This document shows, piece after piece, positions 51,998 to 60,089 of a DNA stretch of 64,000 bases. Under the pieces are notes generated by a model. The model was not told the origin of the DNA. It saw only the letters and a list, made by a program, of their open reading frames with translations, and searched no databases. Source of the DNA: Acidobacteriota bacterium. Its GTDB lineage: Bacteria; Acidobacteriota; UBA890; WLXD01. The position numbers and the translations under genes are program-made. How positions within the stretch are numbered: position 1 is the first letter of the stretch; each line of letters opens with the position of its first letter. Where the stretch lies: assembly GCA_963666055.2 (NCBI GenBank), contig CAXWPH010000014.1, forward strand, positions 224,001 to 288,000, in the 5' to 3' direction.

Positions 51998-53472
51998 TCG
52001 AATCGCTGCTGCGACACGAAGCTACTCGTATTCGCCGAGGTCTCGGGTTCACCGCGACCCGCCTCGGCATCAGGATCGGCCTGGCAACCCTGTTGCTTCC
52101 GCTCGTCGGCATGTGCTTCGCACTGGGAATGGTGTGGGTTCAGGCAACATCCGAGCTTGGAATCGACGGGATCGCGGCTCTTTCCAGGTACGCCCTACCG
52201 TGCTTGGTGGTCTTGACGACCGTTCGTGTAGCCTTCGACCGCGGCGTCGGACTCAACCCGATTCCATATGTGGCACTAGCCTGTTCCCGCCGCAGCTTGA
52301 CGGCATTCGTGATCGTCCGATCACTGTTCAATAAATACGCCTTGATTGTCTGCTTGTTCGCCAGCGGTTTGCTGCTCGCGTCACGGCTGGCACAAGGGGC
52401 CAGCGAGCGGGTGCCCCCGAGCTGGTTCATCGCGCTGGCGACGATCTGGATCGTCGCTGATCTCGCCGTGCATACGCTGAGGAGATGGCTCTTCCGGAGG
52501 TCCGTCGGTTACGTGATTCTTACGGGGCTGGGCCTCACGGCGGTATCGCTGGGCTGGCTGTCGAATCTTTCGAGCGCCTACTTTGCCTGGGCCGAGACAT
52601 CTCAAAGGGCAGCAATCTCCACCGGGCTCGCGGCCCTGTGCGCAGCTGTCTGGGCCGCGTACTTGAGCCTCGTGGAGTCGACCTATCTGGATACCGCGGC
52701 AATGGCCGACGGCCGGCGGCCGTGGCCCCTCGTGAGTCAGTTGCTGAGATCAGCCAACTCCGCAACCCGCTACGCAGCGCTCATGCTCTGCCTGATAGCC
52801 CGGGTCCCCAAGGCCCGGACCGCCATACTGGGCGGCGCCCTGATGACCGGAGCCGCTGTCTTGATCTATTGGCTCAATCCCGGCTACGGCGACAACCAGC
52901 TCATCGGCATGGGTGTTCTCGCTGGGTTCTACAGCAGCGGGAGTCTGGCCTTCTTCATCGGGCAGCTGGGATTGAGCTGGCAGAGCAGCTTCTACGATCT
53001 TCTGGCGTACGCCGAGCGCCACGAACGCGACGTTGTCCGCGGGCAAATTCTGAGCCTTCGATCACTCGTGCTCATTCAGTATGCGCTCGCGGCGCTCCTG
53101 TTCGCTGCAATCCTCGACGGTGGACTCTTCGTAGCGACCAGCTTCGCGATCTTCAATTTCGGCTGTGTGCCCCCCGTTTGTGTGTGGATCTCCCTCAGCA
53201 ACTCTCGGCGAATTGACCCCTACGACTCTGCCTTCTTCTCCCAGGAAGGAACCTCCAGCGCGGTTGAATCGTCGCTGGGAACCGCTGTTCTCGTCGCCAT
53301 TCCGCTCCTACTGAGCTTCGCCGCAATCTCTTCGGAGACCGCAGGTCTGATTGCCATCGGCGCCACAGGCGCCGCCGGTATCGTCGTAGGCCCCGCGATT
53401 GAACGACGACTCGCATCGCTCCGCAGGTCGCGACGCTACGTCCTCGCTCACCAGCTGAGACAGCGTGCTTGA
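51991..53472 (+). CDS. Large polytopic membrane protein (putative ABC permease, DUF5687-like)
   Basis: 493 aa, about 12 hydrophobic segments, overlaps the ABC stop. 'GQLGLSWQSSFYDLL' and 'NSRRID..SAFF' recall DUF5687 proteins (from memory, needs an HMM check). Confidence 0.7.
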   Translation: MLIESLLRHEATRIRRGLGFTATRLGIRIGLATLLLPLVGMCFALGMVWVQATSELGIDGIAALSRYALPCLVVLTTVRVAFDRGVGLNPIPYVALACSRRSLTAFVIVRSLFNKYALIVCLFASGLLLASRLAQGASERVPPSWFIALATIWIVADLAVHTLRRWLFRRSVGYVILTGLGLTAVSLGWLSNLSSAYFAWAETSQRAAISTGLAALCAAVWAAYLSLVESTYLDTAAMADGRRPWPLVSQLLRSANSATRYAALMLCLIARVPKARTAILGGALMTGAAVLIYWLNPGYGDNQLIGMGVLAGFYSSGSLAFFIGQLGLSWQSSFYDLLAYAERHERDVVRGQILSLRSLVLIQYALAALLFAAILDGGLFVATSFAIFNFGCVPPVCVWISLSNSRRIDPYDSAFFSQEGTSSAVESSLGTAVLVAIPLLLSFAAISSETAGLIAIGATGAAGIVVGPAIERRLASLRRSRRYVLAHQLRQRA

Positions 53473-54527
53473 ACCGGGCCACGGCCTGGATAGGGTCTGT
53501 TCCACGACAGCTCGTAGCTGTCTTCCCGGTAGTCGTAGTAGTACTGATGTTCGAAGCCGAGGCTCTCGTAGAAGGTCGTGCTCTTTCGAACGTCGGTGAC
53601 GTAGAGGGCAGTGCGGGTCTCTCCGGTGAAATCGGCGGCGGGCGTTGCGGGCCCGCCGCAACTTGTCAGCAGGGCCGGCAACGCGACCACCTGAAGGAGC
53701 GAGAACCGGAGGGTCAATGAAGCCCCGCTGGCGCCTTCTTGACGAGTCGTGCTAGCCGCCAACGGCGAGTCCGACGCGTGGGTTACGAGCGCGATGGCCA
53801 GGCTAATCGGGATGGCTCCCAAGAGCAGGTTCCATGCCTGCGGCTGTCCGAATAACAGCCCCCGCGAGCCGAGCTCAGCGATGACGCCGCCGGTCCACAT
53901 GGTAGCCACCACCAACGGCAGGTGCGCGGCGCGACGCACGGCGCGATCGGCGCGTACTAGACGCACGACAAAAACGACGGCCGCCAAGACGGAAAACAGA
54001 TTGGCGATCAGCAGCACGAGTCCGCCGATGATCTGCAACGTCGCCTGCGGAACCATGCCTGCGATCGCCGCCACCAGCCAGGCAACGGCCGGCGGCGCAT
54101 AGAGCGCGACCCGGACAACTCGTGCCACCGACCCGCCGCTCGGAAAGATCAGCGCAAGGTGCAAGAAGGCGGCCTCGGCCAGTGCACAGAATCCCAGGTA
54201 CACGAAGAGGAGGCTGAGCTCGATCCCGGCGTGCGCGGCGCCGATGGTTCCACCCCAGTGGATTCCACCACCCACGCCATACAGCAGTAGGACGACCGTG
54301 AATCGTCCGGGACGCAGCCTCCACGCCGCCGCCCCGCACACCAGAAACAGCACTCCCAGCAGGGTGATCGGCAGACGAAGGCTGTCGGGTATGCTGACCA
54401 GCGAGGACGGCCACAGGAGTGCCATCGCGCGCCAGAGCAAAACGGCGACCGTCGCCAAGATGACCCATCTCCGGCCTTCGTAGCCGGTTTCAACAGCAGA
54501 ACGACTCATTCCATGGTCCTCACTCAT
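53448..54527 (-). CDS. Multi-TM membrane protein reading in frame into a truncated VOC/glyoxalase-like lipoprotein remnant
   Basis: About 8 TM segments, then a signal-like stretch with lipobox 'LLTSC' (TTG at 53717) and a VOC-like start 'ALYVTDVRKSTTFYESLGF' that stops abruptly at the end of the convergent operon. Confidence 0.55.
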   Translation of the reverse strand: MSEDHGMSRSAVETGYEGRRWVILATVAVLLWRAMALLWPSSLVSIPDSLRLPITLLGVLFLVCGAAAWRLRPGRFTVVLLLYGVGGGIHWGGTIGAAHAGIELSLLFVYLGFCALAEAAFLHLALIFPSGGSVARVVRVALYAPPAVAWLVAAIAGMVPQATLQIIGGLVLLIANLFSVLAAVVFVVRLVRADRAVRRAAHLPLVVATMWTGGVIAELGSRGLLFGQPQAWNLLLGAIPISLAIALVTHASDSPLAASTTRQEGASGASLTLRFSLLQVVALPALLTSCGGPATPAADFTGETRTALYVTDVRKSTTFYESLGFEHQYYYDYREDSYELSWNRPYPGRGPVQARCLSW

Positions 54528-54602
54528 CCGGCGAGTGTGGACGACCAGCGCTGAACAGGGGCTGAACGCGCTGCCGAGCGCACGCACGAGGGTGCCAGCG
54601 CT

Positions 54603-55604
54603 CTATGCGGCACCCGTCGCGGGCAATTCGAGGGTCACCTGCAGGCCGCGCTTCGCTGACCGGTCCAGCCTCAGCCCGCCGCCGTATAGCTCGACCAGGG
54701 CCTGGACGATCCGAAGCCCGACGCCACGACGCGGGCTGTGCACCGACTCGGGTCGGCCGGTGGCCAATATCTGGTCTCGCACCGCTTCGCTGAGCCCCGG
54801 TCCGTCGTCCTCGACGACGATGAGCAACCTGTCTTCGGCGGCATGCGCCCGCACCTCGACGCTACCTCGACACCACTTGCAGGCGTTCTCGAGCACGTTG
54901 CCAAGCATCTCCTCGAGATCTTCCGGATTGCCATGAAAGTTCAGGTCCGGAGGGACCTCGCAACGAATCTCGAGCCGGCGGCCGACGTGCAGCTGGCGCA
55001 TCGCACGCACCAGCCCATCGACGCTCGGAGCGACGGGGCAGGACCCTGTGGGGGGGGGGGGGGGGGGGGGGTGGGCGAGCCGAGCCGCGGCGGCACTGGC
55101 CCTGGACAAGTGCAGCGTCACGCGGTCGCTCATTGCCTCGACCTGTTCGCGCAGGCCCTCGGCTGCGGGGTGGTCGTCCTTTCGCAGCCGCTCGATCTCG
55201 TTGGTGAGAATTGTCAGCGGCGTCTTCAGGCCGTGCGCCAAGCTGTCTGCTTCCAGGTGTGATCGCCGAAGGGCCTCTTGATTGCGCCGCAACAGGTCGT
55301 TGACCTCGTCCACCAGGGGATGCACCTCTGCCGGATACTCGCCTTCGAGCCGGGCAGCCGATCCGTCCCGCACCGGCGCCAGGCGCTGGCCCAGTCGAGC
55401 CAGTGGAAGGAGGCTCGCGGCGACCCGGAGGGCACCGCCCAGCATCAAGCCGAACGCCAGCAAGCAGATAACGCCGACCCAAAAGTCTTCGACTTCCAGA
55501 AAGCCCACGGCGCCGAGCGCCAAGGCGCCGACCGCCCACAGCAGGCCACCGGAAATGATCGCGGAACGGAGTGTGGTGGCACGCGTCAGGCTCCTCACGT
55601 TCAT
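54603..55604 (-). CDS. Sensor histidine kinase (PhoQ/QseC-like)
   Basis: H-box 'LAHGLKTPL', 'GNVLENACKW', 'VEDDGPG', 'GVGL.IV'. Contains a C22 tract encoding poly-Pro. Confidence 0.85.
   Translation of the reverse strand: MNVRSLTRATTLRSAIISGGLLWAVGALALGAVGFLEVEDFWVGVICLLAFGLMLGGALRVAASLLPLARLGQRLAPVRDGSAARLEGEYPAEVHPLVDEVNDLLRRNQEALRRSHLEADSLAHGLKTPLTILTNEIERLRKDDHPAAEGLREQVEAMSDRVTLHLSRASAAAARLAHPPPPPPPTGSCPVAPSVDGLVRAMRQLHVGRRLEIRCEVPPDLNFHGNPEDLEEMLGNVLENACKWCRGSVEVRAHAAEDRLLIVVEDDGPGLSEAVRDQILATGRPESVHSPRRGVGLRIVQALVELYGGGLRLDRSAKRGLQVTLELPATGAA
55050..55071. repeat. G22 homopolymer inside the histidine kinase
   Basis: 22 consecutive G on the + strand. Confidence 0.95.
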
Positions 55605-56185
55605 ACCGTGCGGCCTCGAGCGAGTCCAGCGCCCGGGTGGTCAGAGCCCGTCTGCTCGGGCACTTGATACCCCAGGCCACTCAGCGTGCGGATCAGATCG
55701 CGGCCCAGCTTCCGGCGCAGCCGGGCGATGAACACCTCGATGGTGTTGGAGTCGCGCTCCCAATCCTGCGCGTAGACATGCTCGACGAGCTCCGACACCG
55801 ACACCACCCGGCCCTGATTGTGCAGCAGGTAGCGCAGCACCTTGAGCTCGTACGCGGTCAGATGAACGCGCTCGCCTTCGAGCCTGACCTCGAGCGACCT
55901 CGTATCGAGAGTCACAGCCCCGTGCCGGAGCACCGGCGACGCACGTCCTGCAGAACGTCGCAGTAGCGCCCGCAACCTCGCGAGAAGCTCCTCCATGCGA
56001 AACGGCTTGGGGAGGTAGTCGTCCGCACCCGCGTCTATCCCCGCTACTCTCTCGTGCCATCGGCCACGCACGGTGAGCACGAGGACGGGTGTGGCCACTC
56101 CCTCCGCGCGCAGCTTCTCGAGCACCTGCAGGCCGTCCAGCTGCCTGGCGAGATCGGCCTCATCCTCAACAACGAGTACCCGCAT
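55601..56185 (-). pseudogene. OmpR-family response regulator with an in-frame deletion in the receiver domain
   Basis: 'MRVLVVEDEADLARQL' joins directly to 'DGLQVLEKLR'. The segment with the phospho-accepting Asp is missing. The wHTH domain is intact. Confidence 0.8.
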
Positions 56186-56239
56186 GTGGTCGGCTCCCGG
56201 AGCCTATTCTACGAGCATGGCCGTCGGCTGTTCCCTCGC

Positions 56240-56287
56240 TTGTGCCACCTCACCTGGTTAGGTATAGTCGCCTCACTTGGTTAGGTA
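56240..56287 (+). promoter_or_regulatory. padR promoter with two tandem operator-like boxes
   Basis: TTGTGC-N17-TATAGT (56240-56268). Boxes CCTCACCTGGTTAGGTA (56248-56264) and CCTCACTTGGTTAGGTA (56271-56287), each quasi-palindromic. Confidence 0.7.
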
Positions 56288-56316
56288 AGAGAACGAACAA
56301 CGCCGGAGTAGCTCCC

Positions 56317-56634
56317 TTGAGCCTGTTGCAAGGAACGCTCGACATCTTGATTCTGACCGCTGTGCGCAACGCCCCGCTGCATGGCTACGCGATCGCCCAA
56401 GAGATCGGCTCACGAACGGCTGGTGAGATCGAGGTAGAAGACGCGGCGCTCTACAAGGCACTGCACCGCTTGGAGGCTCGTGCGCTCATCGATGCCGAAT
56501 GGGGCATGTCGGAATCACGTCGCCGCGCCAAGTTCTACCGAATAACGCCGCCAGGTATCAAAGTTCTGGAGTCCGAAACCGACGCATGGCAGCGCTACGT
56601 TGACGCCGTCGCCAAGGTCATCGATCCCCGCTAG
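56317..56634 (+). CDS. PadR-family transcriptional regulator (Acidobacteria type)
   Basis: GGAG-N8-TTG. 'LLQGTLDILIL', 'HGYAIA', 'ALY.ALHRLE', 'AEWG.SE.RRRAKFY'. Confidence 0.9.
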   Translation: MSLLQGTLDILILTAVRNAPLHGYAIAQEIGSRTAGEIEVEDAALYKALHRLEARALIDAEWGMSESRRRAKFYRITPPGIKVLESETDAWQRYVDAVAKVIDPR

Positions 56635-56642
56635 AGGTCGCC

Positions 56643-59011
56643 ATGGATGAGCCGAGGCCTCGCGATGCGGTCGACGAGGAGCTCGAGTTCCACCTCGCCC
56701 GGCGTGCCGAAGAGCACGAGCGTCACGGCCTGCCCCCCGAGGAAGCGCGCCGCCGTGCGCTGCGCGCCCCGACATCATCGACTACCGAGAGCGATCGTCG
56801 ACCCTCACAGATCTCGCCGCGTACACGATGGAACGCGCCAGCCTGGGCGACGATGCTGGGAGCCGCGTGGTTACGGTACAGCTGTCGACCGGGAACCTCT
56901 TTCCATTGCTCGGCGTCGTACCCGAGCTGGGGCGGCTGTTGTCACCGAGCGACGATGTGCCGGGCGGAGCGGCCGTGGCGGTACTGTCTTACGACCTGTG
57001 GCGCGATCTCTTTGCCGCCGACAGCAACGTCGTCGGCCGTACCGTCCGTCTGAACGGCAACCCGTTCGAAGTTATTGGCGTAGGACCCGAGAGCTTCCGC
57101 GGTATCACCGTCGGCGACGGCCCCGACATCTATATTGCGTTGCTGGTGGGCCCGAGCATGGCCTCCGGCTTCGTGGTCGACGACTCGCGCTTCAGCCAGC
57201 GTGGTTCTCGCTGGATTGGCCAGCTTGTCGGACGCATGGCTCCCGGCTCGACGTTCGAGCAGGTGCGCAGCGAGATGTCAGCCATCTCGGACCAGCTCGC
57301 CGCCGAAGACCCCGGCGCGCGGGGACCGCGGCGCATCACCGTAGATCAAGCCCATCGGCTGATCTTGCCGATCGCCAGTGAGGCTAGCTTCTCGCGTTTC
57401 CTGCTGTTGTTGTTGGTTGTCGTCGGCCTGACCCTGCTCCTCGCCTGTGCCAATCTCGCCAACCTACAACTCGCCCGCGCCGCCAGTCGGCGCCACGAAC
57501 TGGCCATCCGCGCCGCCATCGGCGCGGGCCGTGGTCGTTTGATCCGACAGGCTCTCACCGAGAGCTTGGTGCTCTCCATGCTTGGAGGAGTTGCCGGGCT
57601 GGCGATCGGGCCGTTCCTGCTAATCGCCATGGCCGGCTACCAACTTCCGGGACGAATCGGTATCGCTGGCCTTCAGACCGGCCTCAACGTGCCCGTGCTC
57701 CTGTTCACCTTCGCCCTCGCTGTGGCGACGGGCATGCTTTTCGGCATCGGACCGGCGCTGAGCAGCGGCAGAAGCAACAGTATGCAGTTGCTGGCCGCCG
57801 GTGTGCGCACGAGCACGCTGCGTTCTGCGTGGGTTCGGGGCGGGTTAGTAGCAGTACAGGTCGGGGTATCGCTGGTGCTGCTGGTCGGCGCCACCCTCTT
57901 CTTGCGGGCGCTGCAAGCGGGGCTCAATGTCGATCTCGGCTTCCTGAGCGACGATGAGCTGGTGCTCACGACCATCGATTTGTCGCTATTGCAGTATGGC
58001 GCCGGGGATGCTGAAGCGCTGCTGCAGGAGATCGAACAGCGCATGATGTCCACCCCCGGAGTCGTCGCCTTTGCGGCCGCCACGCGGGTACCGTTGATGA
58101 CCGGCGGCGGCACGGCTCTCATGCTCGAATCGGTCGTCGACTACCAACCCGCGCCAGACGAAGAGCTGCGACTCGAGTACAACATCGTCACGCCGGATTT
58201 TTTCACCGCTCTCGGACTGCCGCTGGTAGCGGGCCGTGTGTTCGAACAGAGCGACCTGGTGGAGGGCGCTCCCGTTGCGCTGGTGATCAATCAGGACATG
58301 GCCGACAGATGGTGGCCGGGACGTTCTGCTGTCGGCGGCACGATGCGGTTCTTCGGCGGCGAACAGAGCGCACGAGTTGTGGGGATCGCGACCAACACCA
58401 AGTGGGACGACGGCATGCTCACCGACGACTATCCGTTCGCCTACATGCCGATGACCGGAAGCCGAGCGGCGAATAGACCGATTACCCTGCTGGTGCGCAC
58501 CCGGCGGGCAGAGACCATCATGACAACGCTGCGACAACAACTACTGGAGCTCGACAGCGACATGCCCATCCTGCAGGTATCGACCTTCGATTCTCTCCGG
58601 CAGACAGTCCTGATGCCGCAACGTATGGGCGCCGCGCTGCTGGGCGCCTTTGCGCTGTTGGCGCTGCTGCTGTCGGCGGTCGGGATCTACGGGGTGGTCG
58701 GACACAGCGTCAGCCAACGTACCCGCGAGATCGGTATCCGTATGGCGCTGGGTGCGGATCGGCATCGCATCGTCGGGATGGTGGCGCGCGGCGTGTTCGT
58801 TCCGGTGGTCGCCGGAGTCGCTGCCGGACTTGGCGGTGCCCTACTGCTTTCCGGCGCTGTGCGCTCGTTCCTCTACGGGGTGAGCCCCGCCGATCCGATA
58901 TCGTTTGGCCTCGTCGTCGCGGTGCTCGCCTGCATCAGCGCATTAGCGGCTTGGCTGCCAGCGCGGCGAGCGGCTCGAGTCGACCCCGTCCGGGCGCTGA
59001 GTCTGGACTGA
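56643..59011 (+). pseudogene. ADOP / MacB-FtsX type duplicated ABC permease with an N-terminal deletion and frameshift
   Basis: Permease-prefix 'DEELEFHL...GLPPEEARRRALRA' (frame of 56643) jumps at ~56768 to 'PDIIDYRE' in another frame. The rest (56828..59011) has 'LLLACANLANL', 'RTREIGIRMALGA', 'PARRAARVDP'. Confidence 0.8.
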
Positions 59012-59075
59012 TCGCAGTCCTCGAGTCTCGCTGGCAGGCGCGTTCGCCGTTCCGAAGCTCGGCGCGGATGTGTGC

Positions 59076-59543
59076 TCAGCGATCAGACAACTGCCTCTTC
59101 ATGATCGTGCAAGGGACCTCCTTGAAGCCACACCGGTGATACGCCTTCAGCGCCCGTTGGTTTGCATTGTTCACATAGAGTTTGAGCTCCAGGGCACCGG
59201 CTTCTCGTGCCGCGTCAGCCAGATGGTCCAACATGAGTCCAACCAGACCACGGCCGCGATGCTCGGGCATGATGAACAGACTCTGGATCCACCAGTAGCA
59301 TGCGCCGTTGAAATCGCTCCACTCTGTGACGATCGAAGTGCTCGCGACGACGCCACAGCCGATCGATTCCGCCACCCAATAGGCCGCAAGAGTTGGGTCT
59401 TCAAGACCCGATCGAACACCTCGACCGACCGCCTCGATGTCCTTGTCTGCGCCTTCGGCTTGCCGCGCCGCCTGCAGCGTAAAGGCGACGAGGGTGTCGA
59501 GGTCAGCGCTGCTCGCCCGTCTCAAGCTGTACCCGGAACTCAT
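59076..59543 (-). CDS. GNAT family N-acetyltransferase
   Basis: '[23 protein letters not shown]', 'LKLYV..NQRA..AY'. Confidence 0.88.
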   Translation of the reverse strand: MSSGYSLRRASSADLDTLVAFTLQAARQAEGADKDIEAVGRGVRSGLEDPTLAAYWVAESIGCGVVASTSIVTEWSDFNGACYWWIQSLFIMPEHRGRGLVGLMLDHLADAAREAGALELKLYVNNANQRALKAYHRCGFKEVPCTIMKRQLSDR

Positions 59544-59574
59544 GTCGGCACATCCTCGCCTCGTTCACCCGCCT

Positions 59575-59705
59575 GGAAGGAGGGCGACTACTTTCATCTC
59601 CCGCAAGCTCTACCCTAACGTTGATTTCTACTCCGGCGTCATTTGTCAGGCGATGGGCTTTCCGACGGCGATGTTTCCGGTGCTCTTCGTATCCTGCGCA
59701 CCGGG
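59575..59705 (+). pseudogene. gltA: Citrate synthase C-terminal remnant
   Basis: 'DYF-(frameshift)[31 protein letters not shown]' matches the citrate synthase 'YPNVDFYSG' region. No upstream coding part. Confidence 0.8.
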
Positions 59706-60089
59706 CCTTCGTTCCCGTCGATCAACATGATCGGCTTCGATTCGATCGTCTGACCGCGACAGTGCGCTCTCGGTGGTAGAGCCCGGCTGGGCCACTCATC
59801 CGACGCTTGAAGTCGGCTCGAGATGAGGCGTGCTGAGCGTTGATTCTGAACAAGACGCTGCGGCTCCGATCGGCATGGCTCGATGCCGATACCTGCGCTG
59901 CTGAGGGCGTACCTGACCGCCGTAGTCCGCTCCAGACCGGCCTTTGGCGGCCAGATAGTTCCAGATCGTCGATCCTCTTGCCAGACGCCTGGCCGCTCAG
60001 TAGCATCCGATTTCCCCGGGGGGCCTCGGCGCCCGATGCGCTCCCGATCCGCTGCCTTGCTAGCCCTATTTCGGCACCATCCAACACCG

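Noticed and set aside
59706-60089. Possible ncRNA in the intergenic gap before the SGNH hydrolase
   Set aside because: Only short GC-rich pairings expected by chance, with no recognisable family or terminator.
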